The notes under the pieces are model-generated. The model made no database searches and was not told the DNA's origin. It was given only the letters and a program-made list of their open reading frames with translations. DNA of 64,000 bases from Podarcis gaigeae. Taxonomy: Eukaryota. Numbering within the stretch: position 1 is the stretch's first letter; the number at the start of each line of letters is the position of its first letter. The stretch lies in the NCBI GenBank assembly GCA_964106915.2, contig OZ066919.1. One strand, 5' to 3'. Positions 13,451 to 27,730 of this stretch are shown piece by piece. A program made the translations under genes and the position numbers.

Positions 13451-16400
13451 TTGCATCTGACCTCGGAATGGGTAAATCCCAGTGTCATAACTGCCCTCCA
13501 GGATTCCTAGGGGAAAACAAATTCTTATCTTGAATTTCTGTTTCCTGGGTTCCTTAAAGGTAGTCATGAGGCTGAGATTGCCCCTTCCTCTGGCTGGGCA
13601 GGCAAGGTCCACTTTAATGATGCTCCTCAGGAGAGGGGCCACACTAGTCTCCCCAGACCAGCTGGAAGAACCAGGATGACCCCTCTGCCCCAAAGGCCAT
13701 ATCTCATAGCTGCATTCCAGCCTCTACAAGTAATTGTCAAAATACTAGCTGCCAGGAACAAACAGAAGGCCAAGAAGACACAGAGCAGTGAATAACAGAC
13801 AAAGAACAGTGATCAATAGAGTATCCGCCGGAATTCCCACGGGATACCCTAATCTAACTCCCATCCTCAAAATGCAGGACCTATAGCGGGCATGAGCATT
13901 CTCTGGCCCATGAGGCGGATACTGCCCTCCAGAAACCCCGGGAAAAGAAATTCACGGCAAGACTTTTTGTGAGGAGACTTAAAGCACGTTCCTTGCTATC
14001 TGAATGCATGGTTGAGGGAGGTGGGTACATGTTGCAGGGATAGTGCTTGATTATCCTGTTGTGCCCCAAGGCTAGTGCAATTTATTTCCATGAAATATTA
14101 AATAATCAGAGAGATGGGTAGAAGATTAAAGACAAAGGTAGTATAATTTATCAGTTTATTCTAAGTGTGAGACTTATCCTGCTGCTTGCCTTTGGCTACA
14201 TGCCTATTTTTGCACTTATTTTCTCTGTCTCTCTGCATCTAAAAACTAGACTCTGCTGCTCCCAGTGTCAGTCCTAAAGCTATGTTGGAGCACTATTATG
14301 AGTGACGAGCTGATGTATTTTTTGTAAGGATGTGTTTAAACAATTCTAGCTGGAAGCAAAACTTCATGTAACTAGGAATTATAAATGCTCCTGTTGACCA
14401 ACCAAGCAATAATATAGAATTTGGGAACTGATGATCATGTTTGAACTGGCCAGCTAGGAACCCCTCCTCCAAAAAACAACAACCCTGAAACCAATGACTG
14501 TCTAGTGCTCTTTTATTTCATGCATAGAGTCTTTGCCAGATAGAGAGAATATTCTTGCCAGATACATGTGCGCCTTGGGTCTGAACTGATGCATAAAGTT
14601 GTTAAGCCTTTTCACTTGACTTTTCACTATGAATAAACATTCAGAAATCCTCTTTTCTTCTTCCATTTTCCTTTTTTGCCTGATTGTTTTTGATAATATA
14701 TATTTTAACAGTTTTGATTCTAGTATGTTTCGTGTTTTGAAAGTGTTTTCTTAAATTCCTTATTATTTTATATGTGTTCCTTTATTTAGATATGTATATT
14801 CATTTTGTCTTTGTTGCAAATGTTGTTCACATGGGGTGGTAGTCAACTAAATGTTACTCAGAGCAGGCCCATTGAAATTAATGGCACCTCACTAAGTTAG
14901 CCTACTCTTGAGTAAAACTTAGCAGTCTACCACCCGTTGTCTATATTATTTTATATTTGCTGTTTGTGTGTCTTGGGGGAAAACAGTTCGGTAAAAATAT
15001 TTTATTTGTTAGCTTTTTAAAAACAACAACAAGTGGCCTGAATGTTCTGGCCACCACAGTAATTGGCAGCCAGCTGGTGAATCCTCACCTCTACCACAAT
15101 GTTTAGTATAATTTGCTTTCTGAATTTGGGGTGGGCAGTTGTTTATTTATTTATTAGAATTATTGTTTTCCACACAAAAAACAAAGAAGAGCTCAGGGCA
15201 GCTGACAACATTCAGGAAAAAAGTATAAGTAAACTGATCCAGCTAGGGGCCCTACACAACCAGAAGAAGGCTGCTGGGCATGTTTCTCTGTCTGGATGAG
15301 GATTCAGAGGGAATTTTTGAAAAAGTCTTGTTCACACATAACATTAAGTTAATGCTTAGTATCAAGATGTGCACTCCCAGGGAAGAGGTTACAGCCACTT
15401 TGATCCTTCCTGGTCCTTTTAGTATAGTGTGACAGCTAAGCCAAGGTTTGGCTCAGTGTGACATCTGCACCCAGAATTGTTCCTAAGCTTAGTTCTCTTT
15501 AACTGAGCTTTGTCTTGGGTGCAAACTGTGGTTTAGGAAGAGAGAACTTGACTACGATACCAGGTTCAGATGATATGCTGAGCCAAACCTAGCTGTGCTA
15601 AAAGGACCAAGGAGGAGCAAAGCTGCTGCAACCTCTTCCCTGGAAGCCAACATGTTTTCAAGGTTTGACTTAGTGTTAAATGCAAATGTGGCCAAGTGCA
15701 TGTGGCCCCAGTTCATGTGTAAAGCAACCTAAAGAACTGAAAGATGAAAACTCTTCATAAAGATAAGGATTATTTCAGCAACGCTATCTTGCAGTTGTGG
15801 TCTGACAAAACCTTACTGGCACTATCCCATCCTTTTCTTGGTTCTTTCTCTGCCGCTGATTTATAGTATTGGCATTGGGGTTAGCTTCACCATTCATCCC
15901 CTCTTCCCCTTACATCTTTGTATTTTTTTTGGCATACAGCCCAATCCTGGTTCCCCAGACATTTAGATGCTTTTGCACAAACCTCTCTTTATGAAGCCCA
16001 CAAGTGCTAGCATGTGTCAGTGAAAGCCAGGCTAAGTTAGCAACATCCTCTTGGGCTCCCAGAGCATTGTTTTGCCTGCCTGTTTAATTGGTAAGCTGCT
16101 AAGAGCTAGGCCTTCTCTTTTATTTGTGCTGTGTATGGCAATGTGAACAGTTTCAGCATTTAATAATCTCACCCTCTTTGGAGAGTACAAGCACTTTCTA
16201 ATCCTATCGAATGGTTTGAGAGGAGAGAGGCTTTCAACAGTAAATACAGTATTTCGCATGGGGCTCCCCCTCGCAGGAAAGTTCTCTATAAGCGTCATTG
16301 TGCTCAGTCCTCCTGGTAGTGCAATTGAGCTGGCGCATGTCTGAGCACCACTGCCTGTGTGTCTTCATTCTTCCTGTAGGAGGGCAACCTTTGGAGACAT

Positions 16401-19400
16401 AATCTGCTCTGGCCTCGTGTGCTTCTTTCCTGTACGTTATTATTATAAATGGATTCAAGCCAACTATTCGCTCCCAAATTCCTCTGATCTGTGCCCCAGG
16501 AGCAGTTCTGGCAACATCCGAGAGCTGTGGAAATCTAATGGCCACTAATAATAACTACTGATTGCCTCTTACGCTGCCTGTACAAATGTCACATTAGGCT
16601 TTAATAATGGAAAGAAAGAACAAACCATTCTTTACCTCAAGGGCTGAGAGCTGGCAATGCGGACTGTCTGGCTAGTTCCTGCTTAGAAAGTACATGGTAA
16701 AGAGTACTTAGATTGAATGGGAAAACCTCTATAGTTTATTCTTTTTTTCTGAAAAGACAGAGTTTTTAGGGCCGAACTATGTATAATGCTTATTATGATC
16801 ATTGATTTATTAATTGCTTTTTAAGCAACCAACTCTACATGATGTTGTACACTAAATACAGCAATTTCCCCTTTTAGTGCAACCTTTCCTCCCCCACAAA
16901 CTGACAGCACCAGAGGCCCAATCCAGATTGGGACCCCAGCATGAAACGTTGGGAGGGCTTTGACCCTGTCTTTGGATGCGGGGAGCTGTGCCTTTAGTTT
17001 GCACAGAAAATAAAATATTCCACTAGTGCAAGTGTTTCTTTCCACCCAAATTTCAAGTACAAGGGGCCTGTTCTGGATTGGGAACATAGCAAGGAGGAGC
17101 AAATGGTTAAAGCTTCCACATTCCCTTTGTCAGGGTCTCAGTTTAGATCAGGCCTCACACTGGCAATTTGTGGAATAAAACACAAGGGCAAACTATATGA
17201 TTTATATGCCATATGTAGACATGAGCTGCCTTGTGATATAAGTTGTAATCCGGGATGTAGGATGTAGGTAGCTAACTGTGAAGAAGGTGCTTGGTAAAGT
17301 GCACTGGGTATGTAGGGCCACTGCCACCCTGTAGTATGTTTCCACAAAGTAGAAATTGATGGAGCCCCTGCCCTTCTTTTCAGTGTCATTCAATTATTCT
17401 ATAGCGATAGAACAATTTTAAAAATAAAACAAAATCCTACCACATTGCTCACTAGTGAAAGAGGCTGCATCTGTAGTGTTTGCTGGGCTGAAACATACAC
17501 AGGTGAATAAATGTTGCCTTGGGTAAAGAGGAAGCTTCAAGAAATGTTTTGGTGGGCCAGGCAAGCAACTTAATCTGAAGCCCTGTAGCATTGGTTTGCC
17601 TTCTGTTCTTGATGATAAAACGCAAGAAGATATTGCTCTCCTGTGTTAAAACTCTGGGACAATGTGCTGCACCTGTAAGCCAAGCTCTGCTGATTAACAA
17701 CAATATCTGCATAGGATGACAGACCTGTACAACATCCCGTTGCCAAAATGTGTATGTTTTTAAGGGAGTCAGAAAGAAATTGGCAGGCCTAACAGCAAAA
17801 ATGACTGTGGCTGGTGCACCTGCTGACAGAAAGTGTTGTCACTTTTCCATAGTTGTCAAGTGGAGAAGAAAATAGAGCACCAAACTGCCAGCACATCTGG
17901 CACAAACTAAAGGTAAGCATCTGTCCTCCAAACTGTCTGGCTTCACCTTAGCCAAGAACAGACTTCAGAGAAGAACTGACAGGTACCAGATGGTGTGAAT
18001 GAGCCCATAGCTTAGTTGCAGTGGTGACACTGTCAGTCAAATACCCTTAGTTCAGAAACTATGTAAGAAGCTGGTTGAGACTGAACCGTATTCTGTATAA
18101 TGCAGTTACATCTTCAAGTGCAGGGATGGGCAGACAGTAGATTGGGATCTGCTGGTAGATCTCTGGGTGATTAAAAATAAATTGGCAAGGGATTTTGACT
18201 CCCAACTGCTAAATAACAGCAGTGACAAAATGACTCACATGCCCTAAATTATACTGCTGAAATTATGAAAGATTTTGGGGCAGGGGGTAAGCAGGAGTGG
18301 ACTTTGTCTAGAAGGACTGTGAGCTCAATTCAGTTCTAGTACTCAAATTCTAAGTGTATGCCATTTGCACCAGACTGGTAGATTTTGGGGTTCTGGTAAA
18401 ATATCATGAAGTCACAAACCTGAAATCTGTTCTCCCTTTGCCCGAGATCATCCCATGGTGATAGTGCAGCTGGTTGAACATTCACAGAAGATTGACTAAC
18501 ATTGGATCTCCCTGTGCATAACACAATGCTGGCCTGGGACAGATTCATCTATTCTAGAATCAGTTCTCTATCTTTAGTACACATTGAGGAGACTCAATAA
18601 GCCTGGAGCAAGCCCTTCAGAAAAATATTGAATTGGCAGTTGTATTTGAATATATACATTTCACTCTTCCAAATTCACAATATTTTAAAGCACTATTGGG
18701 CCAACCACACACAAACACACACCCCATGTAATTTTTTTGAAAGAGAAGGTGAAGTAGTATTCTATACTCTGTGCAGATCTGTCCATGCAGTTGTTCGGTA
18801 CACTGGTCTCTTTATGAGGTTGTTTCATTGAGCTGAGGGATAGGTTGTGTTGTTATCCAAAGACTGAGAATGTCGCATAGAGAGAACGCATCAAGGAACC
18901 GCTGGGAAGGAGCACAGGCAGCACCTTTATTGGCAAATCTCTAGCCTGTGGAATTTGTTAGATGTTTTGTGTGTCAGGAACATTTTTATTACTCTAATCT
19001 ACAGTGTTTAATGATCTCTGTGGACACCCTGGACATGACACTTCCTCTTCTCTTGTGCCATAAACTATATAAACTTTGTGTTCTGTAGGGTAGATGTCTT
19101 TGGGATTCCAGATCCAGATGCACAAGGGTTTCGGACGAGGTATGTCCAGCCATTTCACTTTTGCAATCTGTCTTCCCAAAGATTTGCACAAGAGAGGTTG
19201 GAACTGTCCATGTTTATCTCAAATGCCTTCCAACTTACGACCTCACCCTTTCCCACTTCTCTGCTTTGACCTTTTCCCTCTTTCTTTCCTGTGGAATATA
19301 GGTCCCCCAAGTTGCAAATATGTGGAAACATTTTCCCCTTCACTTTCACAAGCATCAAAGGAAACATTTCTCCCCTCAGGATCATTGCATAACTATTTGT

Positions 19401-22400
19401 ATTGAGCTTTATGATCCCTTGACAATTAAAACTGTCAAAGACTTTATATATAAATGTGGGTATAAGAAATTATGTGCATGATGGTGAGAAAAGAATTCTT
19501 TCAAATTAGAAAAGATTTATTATCCGAAGAGCTACCAAAGTAAACCCCCGTTTGATGCTTAGAACATAACGCTAAAGATAGAATTGCCACAATGTAATGT
19601 AAGGTGTACAATGGAGCAAATGTTAACAATGGATTTTTAACGACCCTTCTGATGATTACCAAGCAAATCGTGCAGAAGCTAGCAAGAGGAGTGCCTCTAC
19701 AGTGCAATAAATGGAATTGTAAAGCCTTAAGATTATGGTTTCATATAAAGACATGGCATGCCTTCCTCTGCATTATGCATTTTCCCCTCCTGTGTGCATC
19801 TCTCTTGCTGGGTTTTAGGTATAGAAAAGATGGGCAATTACGCTAGCAGAGATCATTGCTTGCAATCAGATGCCATTCCAAAGAAGGAAAGTCTTCATAA
19901 TTAGATGAAAGAGCACAATACTTAAAGCTTTCTGTAGTGAATGTCCAGGATTGAAAACGTACTTTAGGATGAATTCCTCTGGGACAATCACACTAAAGCA
20001 TCTGTCATACAGGGTTGTCAGTTCTTTTTCTCCCCCTTCTATTCGCCAGAGTCCAGTTTACACATCTGGCTATGTAATTGGGAGTGCTCATTACAAACAG
20101 CAAATGCCAACTGCAGCTTACATGGATGTTCTATGTAGCTGTTAGCACGCGCATTCCACCCTACTGGTGCACTTCTGCAAGATCCTCAGAGTCTTAGCAG
20201 CTGCTGTGCTAAACAGCCACACAAGCTGCTCACTATGGTTGTTGTTGCTATTTAACATTTGTTTAGCTCGAACAGAAGGGTAAGCATTTACAGGACCCAA
20301 ATTAACATGGTCCCTGCCCAAAAGGCTTATGTGCCAGGTCAGAGTCAGACAAACAGGATAAAATGAAGGAAGGGGACAGGGCTTTGAGGTCACAGAAATA
20401 AGGTAGAGTTGGCTGTGACATCTGCTGAACCAAGAGTATCCAGAATTAATTTTGATTTGGAAGCCCTTAGCCTCCAGGAGAGTGTAAGAGGTGCATTAAT
20501 TGTGGTATCAGTCTGAAGGATACTAATGTTGGAACATTTTGCCTTTATTGTGTTAATTGCATAAAGCAAAGGATGAGCTCTGAGTGTTTCCCATAGAGAG
20601 TTCTTGCTTCATCAATGATGAAGTAGGCCTGATAGCATGGATATGTTTTTCTTTAATTCTTCAGTATCTGTACTGTGCACCAAGCACCAGAAAGAAAGTG
20701 TTGTACCAGTACACTCAGAAATTCCACAATGTTATAGACTCAGTCCTTTGGAGAACGTTGGTGATATTGCCCTGGGCTGAAGGAGAGAGGAGCGGGTGCG
20801 GTATTAACTATATATGCAACCCTGACTTAAAATCCAGCCAGACTTGCTTGTAAAATAAGATTTGGAATCACTACTCACTGCTTAATTTGCTTTCATTAAA
20901 AATAGAGGAAGCAACAACATAGTGTATTCTTTGTCAGGAATGCCCATAAAACACATGATGTGGTTGTTACTGCATATTAGATTAAAAAGCTTTAACATAT
21001 TTATAGATGTTGACCACAAAACAGCTTATAGTGGAGAAAGCATAGCAGAATAGGAGTACTGAGTGGACTGAAGTTGAGGTGGGGTGCAGAGAGCGGGGGG
21101 AGAAAACCCATGTGTAGCATAGCACAGGATGGAAGTGTATACCTTGGGGTAGAAGTGACTGGCTGGCTAAGGAATTCTGGTTTTGTTTGGGTGTACAGCT
21201 GCAGTGACCACAATGAATGCATCATTTCCATGAGTACATAATAATTGATGTCATATTTTCATTGTTTGCTGAATTCCTGCCATTTAGAGTTATCACTTTT
21301 GGCCTAGCATTCCTGTTTCCCATCTTAATTTAGAGTTAGCTTTGCTTATTCAGCAGCTTCTGTTTTATTCTTGGATTTAAAATCTGGGGTATTTTATTTT
21401 AGGATCTTTGAAGAACTAGTGTGAGAGCTGCAGCATAAAGATTGATTCCTCTGAAAAGAGTTACATTTAAAATTAATCACGAGCACATTTGTAAATTGCT
21501 TGTTATGTGTGGTGCTTAAGACTTGAATTTGCTTTTAATGGTTGGGCTGATGCAAGCTCTAGGGGTAGAAAAGGAGTACGACGGGCGCTGCCAAGTTTCA
21601 CTCAAATGTTCACTTGGCAATTCATGCCTAGAGCAGAGTGGAGCAGTGTGAATCCTCTCTCACATACACACAACTGCATCTCGAGGCAGCTTGAAGATGC
21701 AGCCCCTACATTCAAGAAGTGCTTTCTGTAAACTCCCAGCACTCCTTACGGAATTGTATAAAAGACATTGCTGCACCAAGTTCCAGCAGGGGTGGTTTTA
21801 TTATTCAAGACACATACAGGCTTTTGCCTTCTGCTTTGGCTCTCCTTAGCTGACATGGACACCAGAACAATGTGGTACATTTACTCTGGGGCTTATCTAT
21901 ACACTGTTCAACTTATAATTTGTTTTCACCATTGCACTAGAAGCTATGCCAGTCATTTCACAAGCAGAATCTGCATCAAAATGTTGCAGTTTTGCAAAAT
22001 GATGCAGTAATTTGTTGTTGTTGTTGTTATTGTTGTTATGTAACATGTTCTTGTTCAGTGTTCCAGCCTGCCATGCCTTCTTTAAGGGTACTTTACTCCA
22101 TTGCCCCCCCCCCCTCCTGGCTTTTCATCCCCTTTCTCCAAACAGAAATTCAGGCCATTAAGCATGCTCAGTCTTCAGTAGTTTAAAAAATAAATAAATA
22201 GGGGAGGGTTTGCTCCCTTAGTATTCCTGCTCTAATCCCTCCCACACACCCTTCTGCAAACCTTGGAATTTTATGAAACCTACTGATGGTGCTGTATTCC
22301 CACCCCAAGCTCTGTTTTGCCTATATAGCCATTATAACTCAGCCCCTCAGTTTGCAATTGGTATATGTGATTTTTAGATCTTTGGCATCCTATTGCAATC

Positions 22401-25400
22401 CATCATGCAAGCTCCCTAATTCTTATCTTTCCTTATCTTGTGTGCTCAGGGAATGTTTCAGCAGTTTTATCAGGACTTGCATCCCTCTTTTCAAAGTGCT
22501 TCCTATACAATTGTTTAAAACAGTTTGCAGAAGCAAAAGAAGGCAGAAAAAGTGAGAATTAAAGCACAGAACTTCCCAGTTAAAGGTGATTTATAACATG
22601 GTTGCTTTAAAACTATTGCTAGGAGACCATTTCTTTCCTTCTTTTTACTTCTCTAGTAGATAAATGGCTTTCCTATTAATTATATTGGATAGACAGAGTG
22701 AAGTTACTCCTTGGCACATTTAGACACAGCTAGTAATGTGGAAATGGGAGGGTGTCACATGTCTTACTCATGGACAAGTGAATGGAGACAGCTTTTAAAT
22801 ATCCATAAATGGGATCTACAACAAATTGTTGCAGTGTGGTAGGAGCCTGTTCAGGGAGTAGGCTGCTTAACCATGCCCTTTCAAGGATACTGTTCTTTCT
22901 GCGTCTCCATCCCCTTCTGCTTGGTTTTCCATCCCATCTTCCACTACAGTCCCAAGTCGAATCAGCCCCCCAGCATACCCACTCTTTTCAGTGGGAGCTT
23001 TCCTCCATTTGCAAAAATCCGTCACTGAGGGGATATGCCAATCAGGACAGTGGCAGGAAGCGGTTAAAGCTTCCCTCCCCACATGCCACGATCTATCCCA
23101 CCCACACCTGCTATTAATGCCAGGGCAAAGTACGTGAAAATTGCCTCATATTATTTGGCCTTTGAGTCTTAATAAACTTTTTCTTCACTTTGGTTTTTCT
23201 TTGGAGCTAAATCAGTATGGGTGCAAATTTGCATAGTACTTGAGGGACTGTGTTCTCCACATCTAATTTTATTTCTGTAACTTCAAAGCCATGATCCTTA
23301 CGTTTCACCTTTATCCTATAATTACTCTTGCTGGAATTAATGTCCATTTGCACTAGCTTCTCTCTTCCCATGCTTTGTGCTGAGTGTGGCTATTCAAAAC
23401 CGCCGTACAATAAGCAAGGAGGTATGGAGGCAGTAAAACACAGAAGGCAATCTGGCCCCTTCCTCTGAACTGGCCTTTTAATGTTAGTTCCCGTGGATAC
23501 TCTGAACCACTGTTGATTTAGCTACAGACTGAATTTTATACAAAACTCACCACGGAAGAACTGAATAATCTAGCAGTAGAGGGTCTGCTGGTAAAAATGA
23601 GCTTGATGCGGCTTTAGCACTAGAAATGACTGAATGTTCGGTGAGACTGTTGAAATGCAGCCTACTATACAAGTGAAGTGATGTGTTGTTGTGCTTGAGA
23701 GAGAGGAGCAGAGAGAAAACACATGCTCATCCCCACCCCCACACAAGTGCTAACCCTCATGCGTTTGTTCTGCTGGAAGAGCTGGCAAGGGTAATTTCCC
23801 CCCTCCCTTACTTTCTCCTTCCCTTTTCCTCTCAGTGTTATGAATTGTGCTTTGCTGACTTTCACCGCTTCGTAGCAAGAAAGGTCAGGAACCTCATAAA
23901 CAAGGTGAGGAGAGAGTTGTGGGAATGCAGAGCAGCAGTCCGGGCCACTGATGCTTTCTGACATTAGAGCACTAATGAATGTTCTTGTCATGGTCCCGTG
24001 AATATTTCAGGAAACATTCTCCTCCCATCTTTGCTGGGCCTCCTGGTTGCCAAGGTTACCTGACAGGACTTTCCTCAGAGAGAGGTAGCTGCAGGTTGGC
24101 TGTTCTCAGCATGCCAGTGAGTGAATTTGCCTGTGAGAATAGCTCAGGGAGAATTTTCACCTGCATTTCTCCCCCCCCCCCACCCCCAGTGCTGCTTTGT
24201 CCTTTCCCTTCCCAAGGGAGGGGTGTGTTTTTTTATTTTTAATCTTCATTTTACTGTTGGAGTTGGGATCATATTAATTTTGTTTTGCTTGCATAACCCG
24301 GACTGTTATCGTGTGACTAATTACTTGCACATTTTCCTTCAGACAGCAAATGGGAGAGATAAAGCTTCAGCAGGTTTATGTGATTTCTGCTTATCAAATT
24401 ACAGTAATTATTTGAAGAATGGTTTAAAATGGTAGGGAGTAATGAATTTAATGATTTGCTTGCAGCAAAGCCTTCGTGCTGCGTGGAGCTGACAAACAGC
24501 CTATGCAGAAACTGACATCAAGCAGACATGATAGCAAGATGCTAGTAACACAGGGAGACCCCAAATGGCCACACTCAAGGCTAAGAGCAAAGGGAGGGGT
24601 GTATTTTGCAGGACTGTTTAATTGTCATTATCACAAGTCAATTTGTTCTGTCTTTTTCCTTACATAAATCACCATTGGGGCAGCATAGAGGACCTTTACC
24701 CTCTGTTTACTTTTATTTTGCGCATGGGTACTGCACACACAAACACCAAATATTATGAGGTAAATCACTCATCTGATCAGACAGTAGTTTCCCCTGTTTT
24801 TTCCATAGTTAAAATTGCTCACAGAAATTTATGGGGGAGTAACACATTGCCAGGGGCAGGTCAGGGAATTCTGTAATGTCTGCATCGACCAAGCATTGCC
24901 ACCTTGTCATGACTGATAGCACACCCTCATTTTTCCTTAAAAGCACACCCTCATTTTTTTGGTTGTTATTTGCTTTTTTACTTTTGTTGTTGTTTGGTTG
25001 AGAGGGGGTTGCATGTTGAGTGGTTTTAACTATATTTCTCTGGTTTTTTGCCTGTTTGAGTGGCGGTGAGGAATATTGCCAGTTTAGTTTCTGTGAAATG
25101 GTATTTTATGGTGCTCATAAGAGTTTCTTAGATTTCCAAATATTCACCTGGGCTGAAAAGGTTGGGGATCCCAAGTGCCAATGTAAGACTCGACCTATAG
25201 CCCTGCTCAGTTCCTTGAGGGATCTGCTCTGTATGTTTTTTGAGGTCTTCACCATGGAGCTACTCATTATCCTTAGGGTAGACTATGTTCCCCATCTGTA
25301 AATGGATAAACATTTCCTAGGCTACTAAATGTTTAATTCCTTAATAATCTACTGCATATAAGTATGTTATACCTGCTTCAGTGACCAGTTGTGTGTGCAT

Positions 25401-27596
25401 TTTTAATTATTGTTTCCTGGCAAATGACTCAGAGCCACTTTTCTCCCTGGGAATTCATGAGCTGGACTAAAAGCTCTGTGACTCCCCACCAAGAAATGAC
25501 AATTTCCTTGGGAAAGAGAGATAGAGTAGCAGCCAATGGAGGGCTTAAATTTGTTCACTTTAAACATTAGGTCACATACTTGAAGGGCACCCCTGAGTCT
25601 TTACCAGTGTTGCTTGTCCATCTCCAATTCTGACCCTCATGCTAACCATTTTCTTAAGCATGTGGCTACTGCTTCCTTTTCCTGTCTGCTCAACTTCTCC
25701 TGAAGTAGAATTTGCATGTAACATATAGCTGGACCTTGAGGAGTGTGACTTGCTTTCAAAACACTCTTCTTAGCTCCTGTCTGAAGCCTCAGAGTTAGCT
25801 TGCTGTCATTACTCGTCTCTTCCTTGCAGAAACCTAATGTGTAAAACTGTAACCATGGGTCGTTGCCTGCCAAGCTCCAGGGAGCTGTCGGCTTCTAGGC
25901 TATTCGGCATTTTAAAATGATAGCTCCCATAAAAGTTTATTGGGCAGCCAGCTTCTGGAAGCTATAGCCCCCTCAACTTCGTACTTAAAAGCAGCAGGAT
26001 CTTATTGGGAGAATCTGTGGGCAGCAAGAAGTCCTCATATGCTGTGCAAGTTGCCAGATTGGCTAAATGGCATTCAGTGCCCTGCCAATTCTTTTCAGGT
26101 GATAGGAGAAGATTATAAAGTGAGGTGCCCAACGTGGGCTTTCTTGGTATCACAGTTGACATGCAATAGGAAAAAAGCAAGCCACTTTGTGGGTGTGCAC
26201 AGGAGGTATGAGACATGGAAATTGCAGCATGGCCAAAGAGCAAGAAGAAGCAAAAGCCCAAGCCCCTCAGTTGCAGTATTGGAACAGATGTCCTTCAAGA
26301 TAGATGGATTGTACAAATGTAACTGAACCCCATTGTTTTGGGGCTTTGGAGGAAGAGTAGACTCCTGTTTCCTTAACTGTCATTGGCTAGCTGCTCATAT
26401 CTGTATGTGGGATGGGAATAGGAAAATTGCTTATGCCCTGCAGCATATGATTTCATTACTCTTATTGTTTTTAGCTTTTATAGCTGCAAATGTTATTAGA
26501 TGTCATAAAATTGTCCAGTCCTTTTAAGTCCAGCCACAGTATTTGTCTCAATTTGCCAGCACATAAAGAAAAAAACAAAGCCCATCTCAGAAGAAATATG
26601 AACTTTTTTATATAAAAAAAACCAACTCCAAATTTTGAAACTCGCCCTGAAAATAATGAATAAGTTGATCTGTAATAATTTGAAAATGCAGTTTGCTTTA
26701 GTAAGATACAGCATTAGACTACCCTTTTTCACGTAGTCACAATGAAATCTTGTTTATCAAAGCTTACTGATATATTTAAATTTTAATACACCTTATATTG
26801 TTCTCTTCTTTTGAGAAAGTTGCTTAGTTTTGATAATTTTCTCAACTTGCAAGTATTATCTGAGACCTAATCTCTTTGTCCCACTTCCCATTTGTCATTT
26901 GGTCATTTTGCATCAGAGAAGGATGCAGTATGGCCCCTTGCTGTTACCAGGACAAGAGCGTAGCTGAGATTGTATAGTTGCAAAGCTAAAGAGGGAGGGT
27001 GAAAAAGGAGGCCTTAGCCCTTCATATTGGTGATTTTGTTTTGTTCTGCTTTTATTGATCATGTATGTATTCTTTTGAGTTTACAAAATTATTCAGCTCT
27101 GCAAATAGTAACTTTTCTAAGACAACTTACTGAGCTTTACTACACTTCACCCCAAGGTGGCTACACGTCCATCACTTCCAGGCTGTTTGGCAGGACTACT
27201 TGGGGGGGTGAAATTGATGGAGACTTATTCATTACAAGCTGCTCAGCAGATCACTGATCCATGTGCTGTTGGGCTGTGCCTCTATTTTCTGGGTGGACAC
27301 ATTTCTAATGAACACCTCATGCTTTTCTATTTTGCTTCTGCATAAGGCAACTGTGGTCAAGCTCAATACAAGAGACTCATTATTCAAACTCATTCTCCCT
27401 GGTGTTCATAAACCACCAGGGATTGCTTCAGTAAGCTTGTGATACAAATTTCAGTGCCAGTTCTGGGATACAGGTGGCCATGTCATTCCCTTCAATACCA
27501 GGGAACTTCCATGGGCATCAGTAATGCACAAAATTGGCTCATGTGATAGGTGTTATGAATCTTCTGGGTTGTCCACATCTGCTATAAATCCAACTT

Positions 27597-27730
27597 GATA
27601 GCACAGGTGGTAGAGCATAAGACGTTTAATCTCTGGGTCATGGGTTCAAACCCCAAGTTGGGGAAAAGATTTCTGCAAAAGCTGGGCTAGATGACCCTTG
27701 TGGACTCTACAATTCTATGATTCTATGAAA
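27597..27730 (+). mobile_element. tRNA-derived SINE with CR1-type tail (Squam3-like)
   Basis: A box 'tagcacaggtggtagagc', B box 'ggttcaaaccc', tail 'ctacaattctatgattctatga'. Confidence 0.8.

Noticed and set aside
27597-27665. tRNA-like A/B boxes
   Set aside because: Degenerate and followed by a CR1-type tail; a SINE head, not a tRNA gene.
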